Positions 8,758-18,252 of a DNA stretch of 64,000 nucleotides are shown in pieces. Position numbers and translations under genes: made by a program. The stretch's first letter is position 1. Each line of letters begins with the position of its first letter. The DNA comes from Bdellovibrio sp. (GTDB lineage: Bacteria; Bdellovibrionota; Bdellovibrionia; Bdellovibrionales; Bdellovibrionaceae), in assembly GCA_036676395.1 (NCBI GenBank), contig JAKFCY010000003.1, forward strand, positions 480,001 to 544,000, given 5' to 3'. Under the pieces are notes generated by a model. It ran no database searches. It had not been told where the DNA came from and saw only the letters and a list, made by a program, of their open reading frames with translations.

Positions 8758-11214
8758 TTACCCTTGGTGACTGGCTACTAATACTGCGCGCGGCTTACTG
8801 CCATTAGCAGGGCCAACCACACCTTCACGCTCGAACACTTCGATCATGCGGGCTGCGCGTGGGTAACCTAATTTAAAACGACGTTGAATCAACGAAGCAG
8901 AAATTGCTTTTTGCGTCGCTGCCCATGATAAAATTTCGTCATACTTTTCATCGTATTCTTCATCCATGTCGCCGCCGGCGAATTCAGTGCCTTCGCCATT
9001 CATTCCCGCAAAGCTTGATTGGCTTGGTCCGCCTTCAAGGGCACGCATCGCCAATTGGTCAAATTCAGGTTCACCCTGATCAGCCCAGAATTTGGCAACA
9101 GCATTGATTTCATTTTCTTTTAAGAACGGCCCATGATGACGAGTCGATTTATCAGCGCCTGCTGAATATAACATATCCCCTTGTGATAACAGACGTTCTG
9201 CTCCGCCTTCATCTAAGATAATTCGTGAATCCATCTTTGAAGCCACACGAAAGCTGATACGGGCTGGAATATTTGTTTTAATTAAACCTGTGACAACGTC
9301 TTTACGCGGCGACTGCATCGCCAGCATTAAATGCATACCGCAGGCCCGTGCCATCTGCGCTAGGCGCACGACACTTTGTTCAACGTTTTGTTTATCAACG
9401 GCCATTAAATCACCGAATTCTTCAACAGCAATCACGATGTAAGGTTGTGGCGTGTAATAGTACTGTTCAAGTTTAAGTAAGCCCCCTTGAGCTTCGTATT
9501 CAGCGTTTACCTTTTCGTGTTCAGCGATCTGATCTGCAGTTAAAGATTCCATCTTCGCATTGAACTCTTCAAGATTGCGCGTTTTAAATTTTGACATGGA
9601 TTTATAACGCTTATCCATTTCTTTAACACCCCAACGAAGTGCAAAAACGGCTTTTTTGGCTTCACGAATCGGCGGCATGATTAGATGCGGGATATCAGCA
9701 AACGCAGCTAGATCAACTTGTTTAGGATCAACAAGGATTAAGCGTAAAGTTTTAGGAGAATGTCTGAATAAAAATCCGATTAATGTTGATACCGTAAATA
9801 CTGACTTACCAGAACCGGTAGTCCCTGCGATCAATAAGTGAGGCATCTTACGTAAATCTACAATGCGGGGATCACCGTTAGTTTGTTTTCCTAAAGCGAT
9901 TGGAAGTTTAATATCTTCAGACCAGAATTTTTCATCACCCAATAGATCTTTTAAGTACACTGTTTCACGTTGCGCATTCGAAGTTTCAATACCAACAACA
10001 TCGCGCCCCGGAATAGGTGCAATAATACGTAATGATTCGGCTGATAGTGCTAACGATAAATCATCTGCTAATTTCGATACATCACTTACGCGCACATCAA
10101 CGTTAGGTTTAAACTCAAACATGGTAACAACCGGGCCGGGCTTAGCCGCTACGATTTGCCCGCCGACACCGAAGGTTTTTAGTTTTTCTAAGGTGATATC
10201 TGCTTTTCTGCGAATTTCTTTTTCGTCGATTTTAATTCTTGATACAGGAGGATCATCAAGCAGAGATAATTTTGGCATACTCCAGTTTTCTACACGACGA
10301 GGAATTTTTACCGGAGCAATCACTTTGCGGCGAGCCGGAGGCTCGTAGGCAGAGACCTGAACCTGTGACTCTGAGTCATCTTCATCTGCACCATCAAAGA
10401 TAGCGCTTTCATCATCTTCGTCAGCATCGGCTGCGTTCATGCCATTGACGGATTCAGCATCGATTTCTTCGTCTTCATCTTCTTCGATAAATTTTTCTTT
10501 TACTTTTGGTTGCGTAATTAAGTTCTCGGCAACCGAAGACGCAGGTTGCGCGGCTTTGGTTTCTTTTTTCTCTTTAGCAGCAGTCTCTTTAGCTTTTTCT
10601 TTTGTTAAAGCTTTAAGTGTTGGCCACTGCCAGTTCGCCATGAAAGAAGTCTTATCAAGCTTGTTCCACCATTTGAATATTTTTTCCAATGGACGTTCTG
10701 CGGCTTCTTGAATGCTGAATTCAAAATAAAATACGAATAATACTAATGACATTGTCCATAAGATGACTTGGGCGCCGACAGAATTTAATAATTTTACAAA
10801 ACCCATTGAAATGCCAAGGCCAACTAATCCACCCGGATAAATCTGACCGTTAAATATTTTCGTATTCGGAAAATAAATTGTAACTAAAGCTGCAGTGAAG
10901 GCGATAAGCGCTACAGCTAATAAATGACGTGCGTCTTTGAATTGAATTTTTTCTCCGCGAAAACTTTCAATGGCTGCATGAAAAAAACCTGCAACTCCCA
11001 CCCAGACGGTAACTCCGAAGGCTTGATACAGAAGGTCAGCCAGAAAGCTGCCTAGGATTCCGCAGTAATTAAGGGTGTTAAGGCCCTGTCCTGTAGAATT
11101 AAATGAAGGATCTTTTGAGTTATAGCTCATTAAGGCTAAAGCTAAAAATAACCCTAAACCTAAAAAACCAATGGCGCGCACATCTTGTTGAAATCTTTTG
11201 AAGAATGAATTCAT
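8758..11214 (-). CDS. ftsK: DNA translocase FtsK
   Basis: N-terminal 4TM region, acidic linker, MPHLLIAGTTGSGKS, RLAQMARACG, gamma domain SLIQRRFKLGYPRAARM; start taken at ATG 11214. Confidence 0.96.
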   Translation of the reverse strand: MNSFFKRFQQDVRAIGFLGLGLFLALALMSYNSKDPSFNSTGQGLNTLNYCGILGSFLADLLYQAFGVTVWVGVAGFFHAAIESFRGEKIQFKDARHLLAVALIAFTAALVTIYFPNTKIFNGQIYPGGLVGLGISMGFVKLLNSVGAQVILWTMSLVLFVFYFEFSIQEAAERPLEKIFKWWNKLDKTSFMANWQWPTLKALTKEKAKETAAKEKKETKAAQPASSVAENLITQPKVKEKFIEEDEDEEIDAESVNGMNAADADEDDESAIFDGADEDDSESQVQVSAYEPPARRKVIAPVKIPRRVENWSMPKLSLLDDPPVSRIKIDEKEIRRKADITLEKLKTFGVGGQIVAAKPGPVVTMFEFKPNVDVRVSDVSKLADDLSLALSAESLRIIAPIPGRDVVGIETSNAQRETVYLKDLLGDEKFWSEDIKLPIALGKQTNGDPRIVDLRKMPHLLIAGTTGSGKSVFTVSTLIGFLFRHSPKTLRLILVDPKQVDLAAFADIPHLIMPPIREAKKAVFALRWGVKEMDKRYKSMSKFKTRNLEEFNAKMESLTADQIAEHEKVNAEYEAQGGLLKLEQYYYTPQPYIVIAVEEFGDLMAVDKQNVEQSVVRLAQMARACGMHLMLAMQSPRKDVVTGLIKTNIPARISFRVASKMDSRIILDEGGAERLLSQGDMLYSAGADKSTRHHGPFLKENEINAVAKFWADQGEPEFDQLAMRALEGGPSQSSFAGMNGEGTEFAGGDMDEEYDEKYDEILSWAATQKAISASLIQRRFKLGYPRAARMIEVFEREGVVGPANGSKPRAVLVASHQG

Positions 11215-11337
11215 AGTGCTTTCAGTGTAAATTCTATAAAGACTTGCCGCAAAGCCCCTGAAGTCTAGTCTTGTAGAATCGTTTATAGCTAGTGCTTGAG
11301 GGCTATCCAAAAGGCTGGTAGGTAGTATGTTCTTTTT

Positions 11338-11979
11338 ATGCAGTTAAAGATCAATGAAATATTTTATTCGATTCAAGGGGAAACCAGCTATGCGGGGCTT
11401 CCTACGGTATTCATCCGAACTACGGGTTGTAACCTGCGTTGTACGTATTGCGACACGAAATACTCGTATTATGAGGGCGAATATATGTCGTTTGAAAAAA
11501 TTTTAGAGATCGTCAAGGGTTACGGCGCCGAATATATATGTCTAACTGGCGGAGAACCGCTGCTACAGAAAGATATCCACAAACTAATCCACATTTTGTG
11601 TGATGCGGGATACAAAGTTTCATTAGAAACCAGTGGCTCAAAATCAATTAAAGACGTCGACCCGCGTGTTAAGGTTATTTTAGATGTAAAGACTCCACAG
11701 TCAGGTGCAGCAAATAGTTTCTTATTGGAAAACGTTAATTTCTCGAATGAAACAACTGAATATAAATTTGTAATTTCTGGAAAAGAAGATCTCGACTGGT
11801 CAGAAAATTTTTGCCGTCAACATGATTTATCAAAAAAATTTACAGTGCTTTTTAGCCCTTCCCACGGCCAAGTTAGCGAACAGTGGTTGGCTGAACAAAT
11901 TTTGCAAAAAAAGTTAAAAGTAAGGTTGCATTTGCAGCAACATAAGTATATTTGGTTACCCACAACTCGCGGTGTTTAG
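11338..11979 (+). CDS. queE: 7-carboxy-7-deazaguanine synthase (radical SAM)
   Basis: EIFYSIQGE, CNLRCTYCDT, TGGEPL, LETSG, QQHKYIW. Confidence 0.88.
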   Translation: MQLKINEIFYSIQGETSYAGLPTVFIRTTGCNLRCTYCDTKYSYYEGEYMSFEKILEIVKGYGAEYICLTGGEPLLQKDIHKLIHILCDAGYKVSLETSGSKSIKDVDPRVKVILDVKTPQSGAANSFLLENVNFSNETTEYKFVISGKEDLDWSENFCRQHDLSKKFTVLFSPSHGQVSEQWLAEQILQKKLKVRLHLQQHKYIWLPTTRGV

Positions 11980-12084
11980 AAAAACACCATTAATTTAAAA
12001 CCTACGGTACTGTTACCTATATGTAAGGTGCATATAGCTGAAAGTGCTGTTACCAAACCGAACCACTATGTAAGAGGGAGTTCC

Positions 12085-12447
12085 ATGACGCCAAATCTGA
12101 ACAATTCAGAAAACCTTTTTGTCGCAAACCTACAGCAAGTTTCTTTAGAAAAACTTGTGAAAAGCAAATTGGAAGTATTATTCCAACAACAAAAAGAAGC
12201 TCAAGTTGAGTTAAACGGTTTATACAATATCGTTTTAGAACAAGTTGAACGTCCTCTAATCGAATTAGCTCTTAAAGCTTACAACGGTAACCAAGTTAAG
12301 ACTGCGTTAATGTTAGGTATCAACCGTAACACTCTTAAAAAGAAAATCGACAACTACAAATTGAAACCTAAAAAAGGTGCTGCGGCACAAATCACTGGTA
12401 TGGTAGTTCCACAAACTATCGAAACTTCTCCAGTTCTTACTCAGTAA
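12085..12447 (+). CDS. fis: Fis-family DNA-binding protein
   Basis: [14 protein letters not shown]...[23 protein letters not shown] gagggag before ATG 12085. Confidence 0.85.
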   Translation: MTPNLNNSENLFVANLQQVSLEKLVKSKLEVLFQQQKEAQVELNGLYNIVLEQVERPLIELALKAYNGNQVKTALMLGINRNTLKKKIDNYKLKPKKGAAAQITGMVVPQTIETSPVLTQ

Positions 12448-12589
12448 TTATTCTGTAAATTAGTTTAGTAAATAATTACTGAACTAATTTAAATTCAAAT
12501 TTAAATTTGATACGAAACATTAGACATCGACAGACCATAAGTCCTCGGTGTCTAATAGTTTTAGGCTCTTTAAGAGGGGATAATTAAAG

Positions 12590-14044
12590 ATGCAAATGGA
12601 TCGCAATACACGAAAATCAGATCAACCGATAAATAAAATTCCACCTCAACATCTTGAGGCTGAGTTTTCTGTATTAGGTGGCTTGATGTTAGATAGCGAA
12701 GCTTTCGACGAAGTTGCTGATGTCATTTCATACTCTGATTTCTATAATCCCGCTCATCAAACGATTTACCAGACAATTTTAGATCTTCATCAAAAGGCAC
12801 AACCGATCGATCTTGTGACTGTAACTAATGCGTTAGTTGCAAAAAACTTGTTAGAACAAATCGGCGGCGCAGCTTACTTACTTAGTCTTTTAGAAAAAGT
12901 AATGTCAGCGGCAAACATTGAGGCCCATGCTAAAATTATTAAAGAAAAAGCGTTATTACGTAAATTAATTCATACTTCGACAAACTTTATCGAAAAATCT
13001 TTTGGTAATGATTTTGATTCAGTTGAATCGTTAATCGATTATGCTGAATCTGAAATTTTAAAAGTCGGTGAACAAAATGCTTCGGGTGGCTTAACTAGCC
13101 CGAACGAAATCGTTACAGCTTCGATCAAAAAAATCGAAGAGCTTTATCAACGTAAAGCTGAAGTCACAGGTATTCCGACTGGCTTCACTGAAATGGATAA
13201 AATGACTGCCGGCTTTCATCCTGGCGAGTTAATTATTATTGCCGCTCGTCCGTCGATGGGTAAAACAGCGTTCTCTCTGAATGTGGCCAGCCACATGGCT
13301 TTACGCGCTGGTAAGTCTGTAGCTTACTTCTCTGTCGAGATGGGTAAAGAATCATTAATGATGCGTCTTCTTGCCGGTGAGTCTCGTATTTCTATGAGTG
13401 AACTGCGTAATGGTCGTATTCAAGATGCGTCTTGGCCGAAACTTATCCAGGCTGCAGGTACATTAAGTGAATCTAAAATGTTTATCGATGATACTTCGGG
13501 GATCTCACCATTCGAGATTCGTGCAAGATGTCGTCGTTTAAAAGCGCAACACGGTTTAGACTGTATCATGATCGATTACATGCAGATCATGCAGTTAAAA
13601 GAGAAAAAAGTAGATAACCGCGAGCGTGAGATCTCTGAAATTTCTCGTAATTTAAAATCAATCGCGAAAGAGCTTCAGGTTCCGGTTATTGCGTTAGCTC
13701 AGTTAAATCGTGGGGTTGAGGGTCGTGCAGATCGTCGTCCAATGTTATCAGATCTTCGTGAGTCTGGATCGATCGAGCAAGATGCCGATGTGATCATGAT
13801 GTTATATCGTGATGACTACTATGAAAAAGATGATCCAGAAAAAGCAGGTCATGCAGAAGTTATTATTGGTAAACAGCGTAATGGTGCTACGGGCACTGTG
13901 AAGCTTCGCTTTGATGCGAAAACCAATAGATTCCGTGATGCAGATCCAGAATCGATTTCACCACTTCCGCCACCGCAGGCTCCGCCTCCGATGCCAGGAC
14001 AGTTCGGTAAACCAAAAAACTTTGCACCAGGTGCGGGTAGATAA
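12590..14044 (+). CDS. dnaB: Replicative DNA helicase
   Basis: PPQHLEAE, AARPSMGKT, DYMQ, LAQLNR, SDLRESGSIEQDAD, KQRNG. Confidence 0.98.
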   Translation: MQMDRNTRKSDQPINKIPPQHLEAEFSVLGGLMLDSEAFDEVADVISYSDFYNPAHQTIYQTILDLHQKAQPIDLVTVTNALVAKNLLEQIGGAAYLLSLLEKVMSAANIEAHAKIIKEKALLRKLIHTSTNFIEKSFGNDFDSVESLIDYAESEILKVGEQNASGGLTSPNEIVTASIKKIEELYQRKAEVTGIPTGFTEMDKMTAGFHPGELIIIAARPSMGKTAFSLNVASHMALRAGKSVAYFSVEMGKESLMMRLLAGESRISMSELRNGRIQDASWPKLIQAAGTLSESKMFIDDTSGISPFEIRARCRRLKAQHGLDCIMIDYMQIMQLKEKKVDNREREISEISRNLKSIAKELQVPVIALAQLNRGVEGRADRRPMLSDLRESGSIEQDADVIMMLYRDDYYEKDDPEKAGHAEVIIGKQRNGATGTVKLRFDAKTNRFRDADPESISPLPPPQAPPPMPGQFGKPKNFAPGAGR

Positions 14045-14052
14045 TCTAAATT

Positions 14053-14571
14053 TTAGTTTGGTGAGTTAGCTGATTTTAATTGGCTAACTTGGTTTTCAGT
14101 TAATTCAGGTAAGAATTGCGCTGTTTCGCGTAAGTTCGTGCAGCGAATATTAATTCGACCTTGTTTGTCTTGCACAATTGATCCGTCGGATTTGTAAACT
14201 GGCGCGAATTTGAAAGCTTGGTAATATTCTTTGTCTTGGATTTCTTCTGACATAGCGAACCAGCTTTTTGCTTTTGGTAAATCACTTAAAAACACTAAAT
14301 GACCGTGAATGGTGATTTGACCATTTGCCGCTGTAGTTTTTCCGATAAATTTATGAGTGAATGTTGCTCCACTGATATATGAAAAACTAATTCCTGGAGA
14401 GTTATCGTCTAAAACTACTCCGCCGACTTTAAGATTTGTTTTTGCTGTAGAACATTCAAGGGCTCCGCGCGACATCGCTGCAACAACTACTGCTGTAGGC
14501 ACGGCCTCTTGCTGTTGCGCGAAAGCTGTATTTGTGACTGCCAAAACCAATGTTAAAATTAAGTGTCTCAT
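14053..14571 (-). CDS. Secreted hypothetical protein
   Basis: Sec signal (AFA); SD aggag. Confidence 0.7.
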   Translation of the reverse strand: MRHLILTLVLAVTNTAFAQQQEAVPTAVVVAAMSRGALECSTAKTNLKVGGVVLDDNSPGISFSYISGATFTHKFIGKTTAANGQITIHGHLVFLSDLPKAKSWFAMSEEIQDKEYYQAFKFAPVYKSDGSIVQDKQGRINIRCTNLRETAQFLPELTENQVSQLKSANSPN

Positions 14572-14613
14572 TTTAAGACTCCTTTGTTCTCTAATTTATT
14601 AACTTATTGAATT

Positions 14614-14629
14614 TGCAAGGTTTGCGCCT
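14614..14629 (-). promoter_or_regulatory. Putative sigma54 -24/-12 promoter
   Basis: Minus strand AGGCGCAAACCTTGCA (GG-N10-GC), about 45 bp upstream of the start at 14571. Confidence 0.6.
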
Positions 14630-14704
14630 GTATAGGCGAAGTAATGCGTTATAGCGCCGTGAAAGTTGTTTCAAAAATAGAAGGCGACAGTTTTTGTAAG
14701 CTAC

Positions 14705-15400
14705 TTACACTAGATGCAGAATTTTTTTGAAGTCTTGTGGTAATGGAGCTTCTACATTGGTTTGAACTTTAGTTACCGGGTGTGGAAAATTCAGTTGAAA
14801 AGCATGCAACATCAAACGCGGCACTTCGCTGCTTTTACCACCGTAGATATTATCACCTAAAATTGAGCGATAACTTTCTTGCAGGTGCTGGCGAATCTGA
14901 TGGGTGCGGCCCGTTTTTGGTGTGCACTGAATATAATGAAATAATGGCGTAGTATTTAAAATTTTAAAATGTGTTTCAGCGGGCCAACCGCCACTTTTGA
15001 CTGAAATCATTCTGGTTTTTTTACCTAAGCCCTTGGCTGGTGCCATAAAATTTTTAATGACCCATTCACTTTGATCGGCTTGTAATTGTTCACACTGCAC
15101 TTTTTTTCCGGCTGTTAAAGGATTAGGACGAGTTAAGCAGTGATAAATTTTTTCAAAACTATGACCTTTAAACATTTCTGTTAAAGGATGGTTAGCGACT
15201 TTGGCTTTGCTAAGTAAAAATACGCCTGAAGTCTCGTAATCAAGGCGGTGATGCATGAACAGTTTGCCCTTAAGATCAGGGCGAATATCAACTAATGATT
15301 CTAAGACAGGTTTTCTGTCTTTATTAAACGAGGGCTGCGATAACATCATCGCAGGCTTGTTTACACATATGATAAATTCGTCTTCAAATAAAATTTGCAT
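14705..15400 (-). CDS. RluA-family pseudouridine synthase
   Basis: VNKP, HRLDYETSG, TGRTHQIR, ILGD.IYG, LMLHA. Confidence 0.93.
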   Translation of the reverse strand: MQILFEDEFIICVNKPAMMLSQPSFNKDRKPVLESLVDIRPDLKGKLFMHHRLDYETSGVFLLSKAKVANHPLTEMFKGHSFEKIYHCLTRPNPLTAGKKVQCEQLQADQSEWVIKNFMAPAKGLGKKTRMISVKSGGWPAETHFKILNTTPLFHYIQCTPKTGRTHQIRQHLQESYRSILGDNIYGGKSSEVPRLMLHAFQLNFPHPVTKVQTNVEAPLPQDFKKILHLV

Positions 15401-15401
15401 G

Positions 15402-16994
15402 TTAGAAAAGATATTCGATACCTAATAGGTATGTCGATACTTTTTCATCTAAAGAGCGGGAAGCCGGGGTCTTAGTGCCTGACCCCGAAAAGTTTGCTTG
15501 CACGTTGCTAAAGCTGATCACACCTTTAAAGTTGATATTTGTCGTGTATTGAACTGTTCCTAAGACGTCGAACTGATTAAATGAGGGCGATGCGCTGCCT
15601 GAATTAACAGGCTTTTCACTGAAGTTTTCAAAAAACAAAAATTTTGCCCGGGCGCCAATAGCTACGTCATTTTTAAGAGTGACCGGAAACATTCCGCCGA
15701 CAGTTAAATCAACGCCTGTTAAATCAAAAGATGTAAATGCGGTAGGAGTTGTGTCTGTCACGCGTACACTGTGAGTGTAATAACCAAGACTTGCCGAAAT
15801 TTGGGGGCCCCAGAAATTGCCATCAATTAAATATTTATAACCAAATGAGAGATCCATTTTATTTAATGTGTAATTTAATGAAGTCGGTAATGAACCAGCT
15901 AAGTCATTGCCTGTTTTAAAACTAGATTGCTGTAATTCTAATTCTGCAAAGTATTCAGGTGTAATCCAAAGTTCTGTCGCTAAATCAAAAGTTAAGGCTA
16001 AAGATTTTCCGGCCTCTAAGCTTGTGCCATTCGCTAAAACGGTATTATCAGTAAAATCAGTAAAACCACCCATGAAAGAAATTTTTCCGTACTGCGGAGT
16101 CGGTGCTGGCAACCACTCTACTGCATTTTTTTCGTTTGGCAAAACTGCAGCTAAAGGTGTAGTGCCTTTAGGCGGATATTTTACGCCTTCTAGTGGCAAT
16201 ACTTTACTGCCGCGGTCGATCACGCCATTTTCTTTTTCAAATGAGATTTCACCAAAGCTTGAATTGCTTTCAACCTGGGTCAAAGTTACACGGCCGATAA
16301 TCTCTTTTTCAACACTGGTCATAAAATTAAGTTTTGGATGACGATTCACTTTTAATATTTGCGCGATGGTTAAAACTGCACCATCAGTAAGACCGGCATT
16401 TTTTCCGATATTCACGGTCACTGCGTTGCCGCTGCGGCTAGTGATGTATCCGCTATAAGGAAGTCTAGCTTTAAGTGCGGCATACATTTTTGTAATAACT
16501 TCGTTTACTTTACTGATTTCAAAAAGTGTGGCGTTTTGATATTCTTCGCGAAGTAAAAGTTTTCCGCCGTCACGGGTGTAAAAGTTCATTTGAATATTTA
16601 AACCTTGCGGACCTTTAATTAAAAAACATGTTAAGACAGCATCTGCCTGTGATTTTTCTAAGACTTGTAACGTCAACTGCTGGTCTTCATCAAACTCATC
16701 CACACGAAGGTCTTTTTTCGGTGAATTAAAATCGGCTAATGCCCAAAAATAATCGTCCTTAATTAAAGCTTTTAAATGCTCTTCGACTGATTTTTTATAG
16801 ATATTATTTGAATTATCATAAACCGGAGCAACGGTAACAGCTTTGATCACTAAAGCTTGGTCAGACAAACTTGTGTATTTTGTTGGAAAAGGTGTTTTGT
16901 TTTTTAAACTGGTTGTTTGCGCCGATGCAGTTTGTGCAAAAGCAGTTAGACCAAAAACAAAAAAACATAAGGCTGTTAATCTAGTGATGTTCAT
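15402..16994 (-). CDS. Outer-membrane protein with FlgT/CsgG-like periplasmic domains and a C-terminal beta-barrel
   Basis: Signal peptide; GYITSRSGNAVTVNIGKNAGL (FlgT_C-like); alternating beta strands ending LGIEYLF. Confidence 0.55.
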   Translation of the reverse strand: MNITRLTALCFFVFGLTAFAQTASAQTTSLKNKTPFPTKYTSLSDQALVIKAVTVAPVYDNSNNIYKKSVEEHLKALIKDDYFWALADFNSPKKDLRVDEFDEDQQLTLQVLEKSQADAVLTCFLIKGPQGLNIQMNFYTRDGGKLLLREEYQNATLFEISKVNEVITKMYAALKARLPYSGYITSRSGNAVTVNIGKNAGLTDGAVLTIAQILKVNRHPKLNFMTSVEKEIIGRVTLTQVESNSSFGEISFEKENGVIDRGSKVLPLEGVKYPPKGTTPLAAVLPNEKNAVEWLPAPTPQYGKISFMGGFTDFTDNTVLANGTSLEAGKSLALTFDLATELWITPEYFAELELQQSSFKTGNDLAGSLPTSLNYTLNKMDLSFGYKYLIDGNFWGPQISASLGYYTHSVRVTDTTPTAFTSFDLTGVDLTVGGMFPVTLKNDVAIGARAKFLFFENFSEKPVNSGSASPSFNQFDVLGTVQYTTNINFKGVISFSNVQANFSGSGTKTPASRSLDEKVSTYLLGIEYLF

Positions 16995-17124
16995 AGTTTT
17001 ATTGTCTTACGAAAGGGGTTAGCTCGCAAGCCTAAGGCTATGCTTTTGGCCAGCTTTTGCGAATTGTAGTTCGTCTTTGAAATATCATTCTATAAACTAT
17101 AAATAGGACATCGAGGTAATCAAC

Positions 17125-17511
17125 ATGGATGAATTCAAATTTGTTCTTAAATGCTTTTTAATTTCTTGTGTAATCGTGATTTTTTCACAGACACGAATTT
17201 CAGGAGAAACTTTAGAAAATAAAGCTTTTGTCTATTTACAGCACTCAGAAACCGCTCACTGGGTGCGTGCAGCTGCCGATGGCGGCATTAAAATGATTCG
17301 CCAAGGGGCAGAGATAACACAAAATTTTATCAGTGATAAATTTGGCAGTGGCATAAGCTCTAACCATAGTCAAAGAGCGGCTCCAGCTCCGGCAGTCGCA
17401 AACAATACCGGAATATTTCGTAAGCTAGAAAAAAAAGAGACTCAACAGCGGGGGGACACTGCTGAGTCTGAATTAGAATCTGAAAATAATGTAGAAGATC
17501 AGCAGTACTAG
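17125..17511 (+). CDS. Hypothetical membrane-anchored protein
   Basis: SD gaggt; N-terminal TM segment; acidic tail. Confidence 0.65.
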   Translation: MDEFKFVLKCFLISCVIVIFSQTRISGETLENKAFVYLQHSETAHWVRAAADGGIKMIRQGAEITQNFISDKFGSGISSNHSQRAAPAPAVANNTGIFRKLEKKETQQRGDTAESELESENNVEDQQY

Positions 17512-17735
17512 TTAGCTGATCTGCCTGGTTTTACTGAAGTTGTTCCAACAGAAGATTTTGCCAACATCTGGGCATAAAAGTTTGTGCTTCTATCATTACG
17601 AGCTACTTGTTTAGTAAAAATTTTTCCGCAAGGTAAGACGATCGGGCTGTCTGAAGCTGATCCTGGCGTTGATAAAGCCATTGATAATGAAGTGAATAAT
17701 AATCCTGCTGCTAGTGTGATAATTGCTTTTTTCAT
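17508..17735 (-). CDS. Small secreted protein (75 aa)
   Basis: SD gaggt before ATG 17735; MKKAIITLAAGLLFTSLSMA signal peptide. Confidence 0.7.
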   Translation of the reverse strand: MKKAIITLAAGLLFTSLSMALSTPGSASDSPIVLPCGKIFTKQVARNDRSTNFYAQMLAKSSVGTTSVKPGRSAN

Positions 17736-17776
17736 TAGTACCTCGCTTTTATAGAGTTCGTTATACATAGATACAT

Positions 17777-17792
17777 AGCGAACCGGGTGCCA
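17777..17792 (-). promoter_or_regulatory. Putative sigma54 promoter
   Basis: Minus strand TGGCACCCGGTTCGCT (TGGCAC, GG-N10-GC). Confidence 0.6.
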
Positions 17793-17811
17793 AGAAGTAA
17801 GGTTTTAAGCA

Positions 17812-17842
17812 ATAAAAAATCCCCTGTGATTTCAGGGGATTA
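17812..17842 (-). terminator. Rho-independent terminator of the Tad/hit operon
   Basis: aatcccctg-tgattt-caggggatt hairpin followed by a T-run on the minus strand. Confidence 0.8.
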
Positions 17843-17905
17843 GCTAAGTGTCTCAGAGTGAGATCGTCTAATGTTTTGACAGGTGTTAAGCCTTAACTGA
17901 AATAA

Positions 17906-18247
17906 CTAGTTTCCCGTATCAACACCATTACTATTAGAGGGAGTACCAGTTCCACCAGCTCCTGTTTGTTGAATAACTCCAGGAGAAGCTCTGCGTGTAG
18001 AAGAAGATAAAAGCACGTTTCCTGCTTTTTGGCAGTTCGTACAAGTTTTAACTTGAGAAGCACCGGCACCTAGCACAGTAACGCCAGATTGGTTGGCTTC
18101 TTCAACTGCTTGGCCATCGCCGTTGGGTTCATCACCAACTGCAGCTGTGCGGCCTTTTGGAAACTCATCCGCTGAGGCTTGAATTGAATAAGTCATGCTT
18201 GCGAACAAAACGATTAATAATAAAGAAATAATTTTTTTCATCGCCAT
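17906..18247 (-). CDS. Bd0108/hit-like small secreted, low-complexity pilus regulator
   Basis: Signal peptide ending ASA-DE, G/S/T-rich body with one CxxC (CTNC); directly downstream of the RHS gene at the end of the Tad operon, as in the B. bacteriovorus hit locus. Confidence 0.7.
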   Translation of the reverse strand: MAMKKIISLLLIVLFASMTYSIQASADEFPKGRTAAVGDEPNGDGQAVEEANQSGVTVLGAGASQVKTCTNCQKAGNVLLSSSTRRASPGVIQQTGAGGTGTPSNSNGVDTGN

Positions 18248-18252
18248 CGCTC

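Noticed and set aside
10370..10600. Acidic and Lys/Ala-rich low-complexity stretch in ftsK
   Set aside because: An ordinary variable FtsK linker, not a DNA repeat array
17047..17061. sigma54-like TGGCCAGCTTTTGC (and a similar site at 55086-55100)
   Set aside because: GG-GC spacing is 9 nt, not the required 10
18103..18142. 7-bp direct repeat (caactgc, 33 bp apart) in the hit-like gene as a deletion hotspot
   Set aside because: Too short to distinguish from chance
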